From NCBI GenBank assembly GCA_039208735.1, contig JBCCQY010000006.1, forward strand, positions 44,475 to 108,474: 64,000 bases of DNA, written 5' to 3'. Below, one piece after another: positions 39,260 through 48,905 of the stretch. The notes under the pieces are model-generated. The model saw nothing but the letters and a program-made list of their open reading frames with translations, did no database searches and was not told where the DNA came from. Numbering within the stretch: position 1 is the first letter of the stretch; every line of letters starts with the position of its first letter. The translations under genes and the position numbers were made by a program. The DNA comes from Myxococcota bacterium. GTDB taxonomy: Bacteria > Myxococcota_A > UBA796 > GCA-2862545.

Positions 39260-39411
39260 TCCAGGGCGACCGTCGGTCTTCTGAGTCAGCGTCAGCCTAC
39301 CGTTTCAAGTGTGCGGTGGGCTGGTTGAGAGACGCAGACATCACCGGCTCTCGCCGACCTTGACGGTGTTCTGACGGTCCTAGGTTCTGCTGCGGTCAAC
39401 CCGGAGGTCTT

Positions 39412-40029
39412 ATGCGCCCCTTGTTCATTCTCTCTTTCGCGATCGGCTGCCTTCCTTTTGGGGTTGGCGGAACGTCGACAACGACCGACTCTGACGCGAC
39501 AGAACTCACGACCTGGGCCGGCTTCGGTCCCATGACCCTGGGGGTCGCCGGTGACGAGGTGATGGAGCAAGTCTTCGCCACTGCGGGGGGGGATTTGGGC
39601 GTGGATGATCCGCCGGTGGCCACGGTCGTGCGTGACGAGATGGCCGAGGCCGACCGGCTCGTTGATGGCCGCGAGTTCACGAACCTGTCGCTTCGGTTTG
39701 ACACCGACCAGGAGGCGATCTTCGATGCATGGCGAGAGGGCCGAGACCTCGTCGATCTTCAGGGCGTCTTTGGCATGTTGCTGACCGGTCCAGACGGGGG
39801 CCGTGGGGTGGGGGGCGCGTCGTCTGGGTACCGCTGTCGCGTCGACTTCGAACATCGAGAGCGTCTTCCCGACAATCCCTTCAGTCCCGATACCCTCAAT
39901 CAGCGCTACGGGGTGACCGTCGCATGTATGGATGCGCCCTGGGAGGACATCGGCACCATCGACCCTGGCGAAGGCGTGTATGCGACCATCGATGCTCAGT
40001 ACGACAGTTTTGTGATCGTCGGTCGATAA
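39412..40029 (+). CDS. Hypothetical lipoprotein
   Basis: GGAGG RBS; MRPLFILSFAIGC. Confidence 0.7.
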   Translation: MRPLFILSFAIGCLPFGVGGTSTTTDSDATELTTWAGFGPMTLGVAGDEVMEQVFATAGGDLGVDDPPVATVVRDEMAEADRLVDGREFTNLSLRFDTDQEAIFDAWREGRDLVDLQGVFGMLLTGPDGGRGVGGASSGYRCRVDFEHRERLPDNPFSPDTLNQRYGVTVACMDAPWEDIGTIDPGEGVYATIDAQYDSFVIVGR

Positions 40030-40088
40030 CCGCAGGCGGACCGCGCAGGCAACCCGTAACGACGAGCCAAGCGCCGCTACGTGGGCCT

Positions 40089-41864
40089 TCAGCTCTTGGC
40101 GGCGACTTCGCTGGACAGCTTCTCGGCGAACTCTTCCAGCACCATGGTGCCCAGGTCTCCTTCCTTTCGCTTCCGGACGCCCACGGTTCCGGCTTCGGCC
40201 TCACGTCCGCCTACGACCAGCTGGTAGGGGACTTTCTCGAGTTCGGCGCGACGGATCTTGTAGGGCAGACGCTCGTCCGAGTCGTCGAGCGCGGGACGGA
40301 GACCCAACTTCTGCAGTTCTTCTTTGACCTTCCGGCCGTAGTCCACAAACTTTTCCGACAACGGCAAGACCTTGACTTGCACCGGGGCCAGCCAAGTCGG
40401 GAAGTTGCCCGCGTAGTGCTCAACGAGGATGCCGAAGAAGCGTTCGATGCTTCCGAGCAGCGCCCGGTGGATCATAATGGGCCGATGCCCAGAGTTGTCG
40501 GCTCCGATGAACTGGAGGTCGAAGCGCTCTGGCTGGTTGAAGTCGAGTTGAACCGTGGTGAGCTGCCAGGTTCGGCCGATGGCATCCACGACCTTCACGT
40601 CGATCTTGGGACCGTAGAAAGCGGCTTCACCCTCAACGCGCTTGAACTCGATGTCACGGTCCGTAAGCACCTTGGCCAGCGTAGATTCGGACAGGTCCCA
40701 GATCTCGTCGGAGCCCTGGTACTTCTCCTTGTCCGACGAGTCCCGCACGGACAACTCGACTTTGTATTCGGGGAAGCCAAAGGTTCGGTACATGAGCTGG
40801 GCAATGTCCAGGACGGCTCCAAGCTCGGCCTCGAGGGTGTCTTCCGTGCAGAAGATGTGGGCATCGTCCTGGGTGAAGCCGCGCACCCGCATCAGGCCGT
40901 GAAGCGCGCCGGAGCGCTCATAACGGTACACCGTGCCCAGCTCGGCATACCGCATCGGCAGCTCTCGGTAGGAGCGCTTGCGTGAGCGGTAAACCCCAAT
41001 GTGGAACGGACAGTTCATGGGCTTGAGCTGGTATTGCTCTTCGTCGATGTCCATGGGGCTGTACATCGAGTCGGTGTAGTGCTCGGTGTGGCCGGAGCGG
41101 TCCCACAGCGTACGCGGCGCAATGTGAGGCGTAAACAGCAGATCGTAGCCGTGAGTGAGGTGCTGCTCCCGCCAAAAGTCTTCGATCTGTTTCCGGATGA
41201 AGGCGCCGTTGGGCAGCCACAATACGAGGCCGCCGCCGTACTCTTGGGTGATGTGAAACAGCTCGAGGTCCTTGCCAATTCGGCGATGGTCTCGTTTCTT
41301 GGCTTCCTCGAGCATTTCGAGGTGGGCCTCGAGGTCCTCTTTGCTGTCAAACGCCACGCCGTAAATGCGGGTGAGCACAGGGCGCTTCTCGTCCCCGCGC
41401 CAATAGGCACCCGCGAGGTGCGTCAGCTTGAAGTGCTTGAGCTTCTTGCTGTAACGGACATGAGGGCCGGCACACATGTCCGTGAAGTTGCCGTGCTTGT
41501 AGAAGGAGACCGAGGGCGATTCGATCTCGATCATCTTCTCAAGCTTGTAGGGCTGGTCCGTGTCCTTGGCCCAACGAATGGCCTCTTCCTTCGAAAGCGA
41601 GAACTGCTCGAACTTGTGGTTTCCCTTGGCGATCTGCTTCATCTTCTTCTCGATGGCAGGCAGGTCGTCCTCGGAGAGGGGCTCCGGGGTTTCCATGTCG
41701 TAGAAGAAGCCGTACTGGGTGTGAGGCCCGAAACCAAACTTGGTACCTGGGTAGAGTTCGGCGACGGCCGAAGCCATGAGGTGGGCGGCGCTGTGGCGAA
41801 TGGTGTCCACTGGGGAAAGCTCGCGCGCAACCGTATCGTAGCTTTCTTCTTCGGTATCGCTCAT
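40089..41864 (-). CDS. thrS: Threonine--tRNA ligase (no N-terminal TGS domain)
   Basis: RHSAAHLMA, DMCAGPHV, GAYWRGD, RDHRRIG, KPMNCPFH, RVRGFTQDDAH, GEAAFYGPKID, HRALLGSIERF. Confidence 0.98.
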   Translation of the reverse strand: MSDTEEESYDTVARELSPVDTIRHSAAHLMASAVAELYPGTKFGFGPHTQYGFFYDMETPEPLSEDDLPAIEKKMKQIAKGNHKFEQFSLSKEEAIRWAKDTDQPYKLEKMIEIESPSVSFYKHGNFTDMCAGPHVRYSKKLKHFKLTHLAGAYWRGDEKRPVLTRIYGVAFDSKEDLEAHLEMLEEAKKRDHRRIGKDLELFHITQEYGGGLVLWLPNGAFIRKQIEDFWREQHLTHGYDLLFTPHIAPRTLWDRSGHTEHYTDSMYSPMDIDEEQYQLKPMNCPFHIGVYRSRKRSYRELPMRYAELGTVYRYERSGALHGLMRVRGFTQDDAHIFCTEDTLEAELGAVLDIAQLMYRTFGFPEYKVELSVRDSSDKEKYQGSDEIWDLSESTLAKVLTDRDIEFKRVEGEAAFYGPKIDVKVVDAIGRTWQLTTVQLDFNQPERFDLQFIGADNSGHRPIMIHRALLGSIERFFGILVEHYAGNFPTWLAPVQVKVLPLSEKFVDYGRKVKEELQKLGLRPALDDSDERLPYKIRRAELEKVPYQLVVGGREAEAGTVGVRKRKEGDLGTMVLEEFAEKLSSEVAAKS

Positions 41865-42116
41865 TGGGACCTCCGTGGTCGCTTCCTACCGCCTCGACGA
41901 CCGGCGGCAGGTGCCTGCTTCGCAAGCTGTCAAGTGCTAATACCCGACGCCAGGAGTGGCTCGCACCGACGACGCGACATTTCCACCTCCTACGACAAAC
42001 CAGCTTGCAACGGCGACTCCCGGACCTGCAGCGTGGCGCGGCCCCTCAGGTTGTACGACTGGCCCCGGAGCGGTTTCGCCGTGGCCTTCACGGAACAACA
42101 GGGCGTCTAGGCCTCG

Positions 42117-42287
42117 TCAGGGCCCCTTTCTGAAGCGGGGCCACACCAGTCGCGTCATGAGGACGAGGGCCGGGATTCCCAATCCGAACCAGCCCACAAC
42201 ATCCCACCATCCATCGCCAAACAAGGCGGCGACAAGCCCGATGAGCGTGGACAAGGAAAGTGCGATGAGATGACGGTATTCGTTCAC
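42117..42287 (-). CDS. Small two-TM protein associated with a PepSY gene
   Basis: GTGA overlap; LSTLIGLVAALFGDGWWDVVGWFGLGIP. Confidence 0.7.
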   Translation of the reverse strand: MNEYRHLIALSLSTLIGLVAALFGDGWWDVVGWFGLGIPALVLMTRLVWPRFRKGP

Positions 42288-43369
42288 GGACTCTCCTCCG
42301 TAATTGTGGAACGTCGCCGGATGGCGAACGCCCACGCCCCGGTCAGAGAAAGGCCAAATGCCCCCAGGCCGAGGCCTGCCCAGGCGAGTTTTAAGGGTAG
42401 CCCTCCATAATTACCAAAATGAAGAGGTCCCGACAACAGGAGCACGGTGAGGTACCACGGAGGCTCGACGTGTTGGATGGTGTTCGCCGCCGCAGCATCG
42501 ATCAAAACCAAGGTGAAGAGGTTTTCCGCCAGCCCCTCCTTTCCCTTGCGGAATACCGTGTAATGGTGCTCCCCGGTTAGTTCGTTGCCAGGATAGAGGA
42601 CGAACGTAGCCAATGGGTCATCTAGGTCCAGTCCGGCTGCGTCAAAGGCACGACTGAGTGAAACCGGTGGGTCGGACGCTTGGTCCGGAGCGTCGGCGGT
42701 TAGGGTGACCAGCTCCGTCATTTGCCAGATCGTTACAGGAATTTCCTCTAAGGCTAGGATGGCCCCGGAGAGGGACACCACGACCAGGAACGGGCCCGAG
42801 ACCCCCCCAATAAGCTTGTGGGTGTCGCGCAAACGTGCACCGCGCGGGTTTTTGCGTACCGTTCCAAAGGCGGCTCGCTTCATGAAGGGCCCATACAGCA
42901 CCAGGCCCGAACCGATGAGTCCGAAGAGCGCCAGACCGAATCCCCCGACCAGCACTTTGCCTGGAAATCCCAGCAACAGGCTGGCATGGAGGTCCAGTAG
43001 CCAGTCCGTCGCCTCGTGACCCAGGCTTTCGGTGAGCGTCCCATCCGCTCGCGAAACGATGACTTCGGTTGCTCCATCAAACGCGCCAATCCCCGGGGGT
43101 TGCATGAAGAGGCCGAGATGGCGTCCTCCGTTCTTCTGGAGGTCCAACGCGAGAGGTCGAAGACCGGGATGGGCCTGTTCTGCAGCAGCGATCAACGCTG
43201 GAAGCGGGAGGCTCGCCGTACCGCCTCCATCACCGAGTGACGCCAACTCCAATTCAGACCGGAAGATCAACAGGACGCCGGTCAGTGACAGCAGGGCGAG
43301 GTTCAGGGTCACGATCACGCCGGTAATGCGGTGCAGCGTCCACAACCGGCGCGTCATCTGGCCTGTCAT
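42284..43369 (-). CDS. PepSY-associated TM helix protein (putative ferri-siderophore reductase) #1
   Basis: LHRITG, LHASLL, THKLIG, PLHFGNYGG His motifs. Confidence 0.9.
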   Translation of the reverse strand: MTGQMTRRLWTLHRITGVIVTLNLALLSLTGVLLIFRSELELASLGDGGGTASLPLPALIAAAEQAHPGLRPLALDLQKNGGRHLGLFMQPPGIGAFDGATEVIVSRADGTLTESLGHEATDWLLDLHASLLLGFPGKVLVGGFGLALFGLIGSGLVLYGPFMKRAAFGTVRKNPRGARLRDTHKLIGGVSGPFLVVVSLSGAILALEEIPVTIWQMTELVTLTADAPDQASDPPVSLSRAFDAAGLDLDDPLATFVLYPGNELTGEHHYTVFRKGKEGLAENLFTLVLIDAAAANTIQHVEPPWYLTVLLLSGPLHFGNYGGLPLKLAWAGLGLGAFGLSLTGAWAFAIRRRSTITEESP

Positions 43370-44574
43370 GGGTCGGCCCCTGGGTCGAGGTCAACCACGC
43401 CGAATTGAACGCCTGTCAGGACCAGCGCGGGGACCGGCGCAGCGGGTTCATCGATTCGGTAGAGGGTGGTCGACGAAAAATCAGCCGCCGCCACTGCATC
43501 GTAGCGGCTCCCTGATGCCTCGATGGCCGCACTCAATGCCGCGGTGCGGGGGGGAATGCCCTCGACGACTTCGCCCAATCCCATGTCGTCGGCAAGCGGA
43601 ACTCGGTAGGTTCGCCAGGCGGGTGTTCCGTTGATTTCGCTAAACGATGCGCCCAGCGGCGCTACGGTTTCGTCGTAGCCAAGTACGTAGGCTTCATCGC
43701 CGCCGGCTCCGACCAATCCACCACTCACTGGCGTGCCGGTAATGGACTCGGTTTCGACGAAGAACGTATCGTCGAATGCCAGCTCCCCCGAACGAATCCG
43801 AAGAATGCAACTTGGCCCTGTTCCGTTCGCTTGCGCTCCTCGGACAGCGCCGTTGAAGGCGTCGGATGCCACGTAGATGTCGCCGTTCCCTGCCACAACT
43901 ACATTCGTGAGGTAGCTACACCGATCATCATCGAGAACCGAAATCGCATCGGTCTCGGTATTGATCACGACGACGCGAGCGAGGGTGGCCGCCGTACCTT
44001 GCTCGAGGTTCCGGTACAGGACCGGGAAGAGCAAGTCAGGTCCCTGGCGAGCGGGCACCACCCCCAACACGGTCTCGGTATTCGCGGGGTCAGGCGATTG
44101 AATGATATCGAGGTCGAATTCCGAGACGATCGTCATGTCGGTCGGATCGAAGACGAAGCCTACGGCTGAACTCTCGGCAAGATAGTAGGCCTTCGTCTCG
44201 TCGATAACCGCGATTCGGGGCGGCACTCCGGTCAGGCTCACGCCTTGCCCCGCAAACGAGATTCGCCCTGCTTCCAGCACGCCGTCCTCGGTGACGTCGA
44301 ATCGAATGGCCTCAGGCGCCTCTCCGCTGCTCACAAGCAGGGATCCGGGGGTGGGGCCTGCAACAAACAGGCTTGCACTAGGCAACGGCAGATTCTTCGC
44401 TGGATCGATGACCGCTGTGGCATCCAGTGACGAGGTGAAGGCCGCGAATGACTGAAAGCCTTCCGGGCTCACCACAAGCTGGTTGATCGCGAACCGTTGG
44501 TCGATGGGCACCGAAACGACCTCGCCGGCGCATGCCCAGAGCAGGCAGGACACCAACAACGATCTTGGGAACAT
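43366..44574 (-). CDS. MxcI/DUF4374-like lipoprotein #1
   Basis: LWAC lipobox; GRISF, TKAYY, FDPTDMTI, DDRC...GDIYVAS, SCILRIRSGELAFD. Confidence 0.75.
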   Translation of the reverse strand: MFPRSLLVSCLLWACAGEVVSVPIDQRFAINQLVVSPEGFQSFAAFTSSLDATAVIDPAKNLPLPSASLFVAGPTPGSLLVSSGEAPEAIRFDVTEDGVLEAGRISFAGQGVSLTGVPPRIAVIDETKAYYLAESSAVGFVFDPTDMTIVSEFDLDIIQSPDPANTETVLGVVPARQGPDLLFPVLYRNLEQGTAATLARVVVINTETDAISVLDDDRCSYLTNVVVAGNGDIYVASDAFNGAVRGAQANGTGPSCILRIRSGELAFDDTFFVETESITGTPVSGGLVGAGGDEAYVLGYDETVAPLGASFSEINGTPAWRTYRVPLADDMGLGEVVEGIPPRTAALSAAIEASGSRYDAVAAADFSSTTLYRIDEPAAPVPALVLTGVQFGVVDLDPGADP

Positions 44575-44591
44575 GGGTCTTCCTCCGCTTG

Positions 44592-44608
44592 TTGAAAACG
44601 AAATTCAT
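44592..44608. promoter_or_regulatory. Fur-box-like site
   Basis: TTGAAAACGAAATTCAT, 17 nt upstream of lipoprotein #1. Confidence 0.55.
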
Positions 44609-44631
44609 CTGCAAACTAGGGGGCCCTCGGC

Positions 44632-44677
44632 ACCAAGTCAAGTGACTTGGTTGAGATTCCAGGTCACCTGACTTGGT
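44632..44677. promoter_or_regulatory. Two tandem TetR-type operators
   Basis: ACCAAGTCA-AG-TGACTTGGT (perfect, 44632-44651) and CCAGGTCA-CC-TGACTTGG(T) (44659-44677) between divergent lipoprotein #1 and the TetR gene. Confidence 0.75.
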
Positions 44678-44716
44678 AGGTCGCGTCCAAAGCCAAGACC
44701 GGGTAAACAGCAGGGA

Positions 44717-45337
44717 ATGACGTCGCAGTTCCCGGATTCTGATCGGGCGTCGGTGCGCGAGCGGATTTTGGAGGTGGCGCTCCGGCACTTCGCTGAACAC
44801 GGAGGCCGAGCGAGTCTGCGTCGCATCGCATCCGACGCGGACACCTCACTCGGTGCGTTGCAGCACTACTTTCCGACCAAGGCGAACCTCGCCAAGGCCG
44901 TTGAGGAGTACGCGACGCGTCCATTCTATGAACGCCAAGGGCCGACGTTCGAGATCGTCGATATGGACTTTCCCGCTTTTCTTCGGACCGGGTTGCTCAC
45001 CTACCTTTCATTCACTCGAGAGCACCCCGACGTGGTGGCCCTGGGCACGCGACTCGCCACCGAACGTCCAGACCACCAATGGCCCGGCGAAGCAGAGACG
45101 AACGCAGAGTTGATTCGACGGATTCGCGTTGCTCAAGACGGGGCGACGCTCAAGGACTTCGATCCACGATGGTTTGTCGTGCTCCTCGAGGCACTGCTGA
45201 ACAGCTGGTCGTCGCACCGCGATCATCTCATGCGCCATCTTCCAGAGGTCGCAGACGAAGATGCCGACGAGCAGTTTGTCCGATTTGCGGCCGACCTGGT
45301 GCTCAATGGAGCACGCCCCCGCGACCCCGAACCTTGA
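44717..45337 (+). CDS. TetR/AcrR family regulator
   Basis: RERILEVALRHFAEHG..ASLRRIASDADTSLGALQHYFPTKANL. Confidence 0.92.
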   Translation: MTSQFPDSDRASVRERILEVALRHFAEHGGRASLRRIASDADTSLGALQHYFPTKANLAKAVEEYATRPFYERQGPTFEIVDMDFPAFLRTGLLTYLSFTREHPDVVALGTRLATERPDHQWPGEAETNAELIRRIRVAQDGATLKDFDPRWFVVLLEALLNSWSSHRDHLMRHLPEVADEDADEQFVRFAADLVLNGARPRDPEP

Positions 45338-45482
45338 CCCGCTGACGACCATGTACGCGTCTGGGTAAACGGCGTCACCTTCCTACACCCCACCGATGCT
45401 GCGTGGTTCGACGTTCTTGGCGTTCAACGGCCCCACCGATCGGCGTTTGGCAAGGTGGCGATTGGGTTTTGAGGGAGAAGCT

Positions 45483-45509
45483 TGATAATGAAAATGATTT
45501 TCATTATCA
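45483..45509. promoter_or_regulatory. Fur box, perfect 13-1-13 palindrome
   Basis: TGATAATGAAAAT-G-ATTTTCATTATCA upstream of lipoproteins #2 and #3. Confidence 0.9.
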
Positions 45510-45644
45510 TTGCGTTGGCTCGCCGGTAGGAGGTGTGTCATGGCCATGCGGAAAATCAGTCTCCTCCGTTTGTCTCCGAACCGTTGAAGCGGTGCCGCCA
45601 AGCATCTCCTACCGGGAAGCTCTACGGCCCAAGGTCAACGACGC

Positions 45645-46883
45645 ATGGACAGAAATATGCTTCGCCGCTTCTCATTGGCATTTACCCTTTGCGCAGTCAT
45701 GGCCTGTGAAGCGGAGTTGCCCGCGACAGCTCCTCCCCCAGATGCGGACCCGGCTTATCTGGCGGTTGGTGGGGTGTTCAGTCCTGACGGGTTGACGGGG
45801 TATGCCGCAGTGATCGACGAAGTCGCACCCAACACCCAGGTCGACCTCGACGCGGCTTTGGCGTTGGCGAGTGGCGCCACGATTGCGGTGCCGGAAGGTG
45901 CGGAAGGGGTCTTCTACATTGGGCTTGCCGACTCGCCGGTCATTCAGCGCTACGAGCTTGGCGATGACAACGTTCCCGTTGTCGCTGGGGAACTGAGTCT
46001 TGCCGGACTAGGATTGCAGGCCGCGAATGGGGGCCGAAACCCCATCCAGTTGTTCTCAGAGACCGAAGCCTACTTGGTGGATGGTAGTTCGCTGCAGGTC
46101 ATTGGGTTCGATCCGACCGCAATGATCCTCCAGGGAGACCCCATCTCCATCGGAGATTTAGCGGAGCCTGAACTGGGTCTTGGGGTCAATTTCATCCATC
46201 GGGACGGAACGCGTCTCATTCTGTCGACCCGGTACTTTCGCGACGACGGCTCGGCCGAGATCCTCGGTAAGGTCGCCATCATTGACACCGCTACGGGCGA
46301 TGTGATCGTCGATAGCGAAACGCAGTGCGCGAACCTCGCTACGTCGGTCGAGGACGCGTCGGGCAACCTCTACTTTGCGTCCCACTCGTCGCAGGCGGCC
46401 CGATACTCGGGTGGTTTCGCTGGGGAGCCGGCGGGCGAGCCCTGCATGGTCCGCATGCTTCAGGGGGCCGATGGATTCGACGACGACTTCTACGTTTCGC
46501 TCGAAACATTGACTGGCCGCCCTGCAGGATTCGCGATTCAGGGCTCGGGCGACACCGCGTACCTACTGACGTTCGATGAAGCAGCGAACCCGGTCACCAA
46601 GGACAATGTCGACCGCTTCACATCGCGCGGGGTCTGGGAATACTACCAAGTCGAACTCGGAGATGCACCGGTTGCGACTGCGGTTCCTGGCGTTGGAACC
46701 ACGGCTGCGTATGGCCTTGCTTTCCGGACCGAGGTGGGGGCAGACCGCGTGGCAACGCCCTACGTGGCTGCGGTGGCAGCAGACCTCGCCTCGTCCACGT
46801 TCTACGACGTCTCGGACCCGCAGGACTTTGTGGAAGCGATGACCGTGCCCGGTTTTGGCTTTGGCGTGTTTCGAGTTCGCTGA
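45645..46883 (+). CDS. MxcI/DUF4374-like lipoprotein #2
   Basis: VMAC lipobox; FDPTAMIL, TQC...GNLYFAS, PCMVRMLQGADGFD; ends FRVR. Confidence 0.75.
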   Translation: MDRNMLRRFSLAFTLCAVMACEAELPATAPPPDADPAYLAVGGVFSPDGLTGYAAVIDEVAPNTQVDLDAALALASGATIAVPEGAEGVFYIGLADSPVIQRYELGDDNVPVVAGELSLAGLGLQAANGGRNPIQLFSETEAYLVDGSSLQVIGFDPTAMILQGDPISIGDLAEPELGLGVNFIHRDGTRLILSTRYFRDDGSAEILGKVAIIDTATGDVIVDSETQCANLATSVEDASGNLYFASHSSQAARYSGGFAGEPAGEPCMVRMLQGADGFDDDFYVSLETLTGRPAGFAIQGSGDTAYLLTFDEAANPVTKDNVDRFTSRGVWEYYQVELGDAPVATAVPGVGTTAAYGLAFRTEVGADRVATPYVAAVAADLASSTFYDVSDPQDFVEAMTVPGFGFGVFRVR

Positions 46884-46958
46884 TGGAGTGTAAAGGACTG
46901 TTGCCGACCTAGCCGGACGCCCATTGCGGCTTGTTGGAGGCGACACTACGAGAGGCCC

Positions 46959-48158
46959 ATGGCGCGTTGTTGGATGGCTGGCCCATGGTTGGGATGGGCC
47001 CTTTTGGCTGGTTGCACAAGTGATCCCGAGCCCATGGGTGGCAACCCGGCGCCCGCCGGTCCGCTGTATGGGCTGTCGGCGCTCATCCCAGGGGATGTTC
47101 GAACGTCGTACCTGGCGTTCGTAGATCGGCTTGATGCCGACCTCGAGATTGACCTTAGCGATACGCTCGAGATTCCTAATGCGGGCCTTGCGATTGCTGC
47201 TCCCGAACCCGATCGGTTCTTCCTCATCGATGGGCAAGCGCCGCAAGTGAGTCGATGGACCCTTGGCGAGGACGGCACGCCGAATCTCATGGGGCAGCTC
47301 TCGTTTGCTCAGATTAGCCCCAGCGCAAACTCTGCTCGTCCCGCAAACTTTGCCTACACCGCTCCTACGCGGGGCTATGTGTTCGACACTCTCATCGAAG
47401 ACCTGGTACTTTGGAACCCCCAAGATCTCGCCATTGAAGGGGTCGTTAGCCTCGAAGAAGAGATCGATTTCGGTGGGTTTTTCGCGTCTGTCGGTTCCCG
47501 AACGGTGTGGCGTGGCGATGAACTCGTCGTCCCCATGACATCCTTCATGTTCACGGGAAGCATTGGGCCAACGTCACGCCTACTGTTCATCGACTCTGCG
47601 ACCGACGCCGTATCGCAGGTGGTGGAGATCGGCTGTGCGGGGGTGAGCCACGTCATCGTCACCGAGGATGGCACGCTGTACGCCGGTTCGGATTCCTCTT
47701 CGATCACGAACCGCCTTGCGGAGCTAAGCGACGGGGACGAATGCATCGTCCGCATTCCCCCTGGTTCCTATGAGATCGAAGAGCGTACGCTGATTGCCGA
47801 ACGGACCGGCGGTGTGCCAGCCGGAGGCCTCTACCCATCTTCTGGCACGTATGCCTACATGCGTGTGTTGGACGAAAGTCTTGTCCCCGATGGACCGAGC
47901 ACGATTGGTGAACTTAACGGTACGCCGCTGTGGCATTGGGGACGCATCGATCTTGCGGGTACCGAGGACGTCGAGGTGTTCACGGACCGAGATCCGGTGG
48001 CCCAGTCCCCCCTTGCCTTTGTAGTTGATGATGTGACGTGGGCGGTCGAACCTGGTGCGGATCTCGCAAGTGGGCGTTTGGTGGATCTGTCCGGTGAAGA
48101 GCCGGTTTCCGGTGTTGAACTACGGGGGATCGTTCTGAACGCCTTCCGTATTCGATGA
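46959..48158 (+). CDS. MxcI/DUF4374-like lipoprotein #3
   Basis: LAGC lipobox; WNPQDLAI, IGC...GTLYAGS, ECIVRIPPG; ends FRIR. Confidence 0.75.
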   Translation: MARCWMAGPWLGWALLAGCTSDPEPMGGNPAPAGPLYGLSALIPGDVRTSYLAFVDRLDADLEIDLSDTLEIPNAGLAIAAPEPDRFFLIDGQAPQVSRWTLGEDGTPNLMGQLSFAQISPSANSARPANFAYTAPTRGYVFDTLIEDLVLWNPQDLAIEGVVSLEEEIDFGGFFASVGSRTVWRGDELVVPMTSFMFTGSIGPTSRLLFIDSATDAVSQVVEIGCAGVSHVIVTEDGTLYAGSDSSSITNRLAELSDGDECIVRIPPGSYEIEERTLIAERTGGVPAGGLYPSSGTYAYMRVLDESLVPDGPSTIGELNGTPLWHWGRIDLAGTEDVEVFTDRDPVAQSPLAFVVDDVTWAVEPGADLASGRLVDLSGEEPVSGVELRGIVLNAFRIR

Positions 48159-48168
48159 GGCTACAGAC

Positions 48169-48789
48169 TCAAGACGGAAGCTTGCTTGCGATGCCATCGA
48201 GCAGTAGGTCGAGGCCAAGTTCAAATCCCTGTTCGCGAAACTGGAGGTGCGGTCCATTCTCAGTCCACGACGTCTCGCGGCGTTCGGGGAACACCACCGC
48301 CCAGCCGAGGGCGTGCATCGACAACACCCCAAAGAACAGACGTGCGGTTTGAGTATCGAAGCCCGCCTGGCTTAGGCATTGGACCACCGCCTGCACGACA
48401 GGGCCTGTCTCGTCTTGGTGCAAGTCGGGGGGCAGGTTCTGCGCCGCCGCGGTGAGTCCGGGAAACGCCGCCGCATGTGCCCGACTGGCGACACACCAAC
48501 GCCGTAGATCCTCTCGCCAATTGCCGGTGTGGGGCGGCTTTTGCCAGCGGCGCTGCCACTCAGCCACCGCATCGGCCAGCAGGTGATCGGCGGTGGGGGC
48601 GAGTCGATAGAGGGCGCGAACCGAGACGTTCAACCGCTGAGCCACCTGCTGCCTGGTGAGCCCTTCGACTCCTTCGTCTCTGATCACATCGAGCGTAGCC
48701 GCCGCCATGTTCGACGGGGTCAGTTCGGTCCCCGCGACCGGTCGGCCGCCGCGTGCAGATCGACGAGAACCCCGGGATCGATTGGTCAC
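48169..48789 (-). CDS. TetR family regulator (TetR_C-like)
   Basis: EGVEGLTRQQVAQRLNVSVRALY; FELGLDLLLDG. Start is uncertain (48789 GTG or 48831 ATG). Confidence 0.85.
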   Translation of the reverse strand: MTNRSRGSRRSARGGRPVAGTELTPSNMAAATLDVIRDEGVEGLTRQQVAQRLNVSVRALYRLAPTADHLLADAVAEWQRRWQKPPHTGNWREDLRRWCVASRAHAAAFPGLTAAAQNLPPDLHQDETGPVVQAVVQCLSQAGFDTQTARLFFGVLSMHALGWAVVFPERRETSWTENGPHLQFREQGFELGLDLLLDGIASKLPS

Positions 48790-48831
48790 CGCAATGACTA
48801 ACCAACGATAGCCGTCAAGAGTGAGATGCAT

Positions 48832-48850
48832 ACTTCATGTAGTATGAAGT
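48832..48850. promoter_or_regulatory. 7-5-7 palindrome, candidate TetR operator
   Basis: ACTTCAT-GTAGT-ATGAAGT between the divergent TetR and membrane protein genes. Confidence 0.6.
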
Positions 48851-48905
48851 TAGTGCTGCCGCGCTCTGCACGGGCGCGGTGGTCCTGCTAGCCAATGAGG
48901 TCCGA

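Noticed and set aside
41928..41940. TTAGCACT (CIRCE half-site) and TTGACA upstream of thrS
   Set aside because: The second CIRCE arm is absent and I see no convincing -10 at 16-18 bp, so it is not called.
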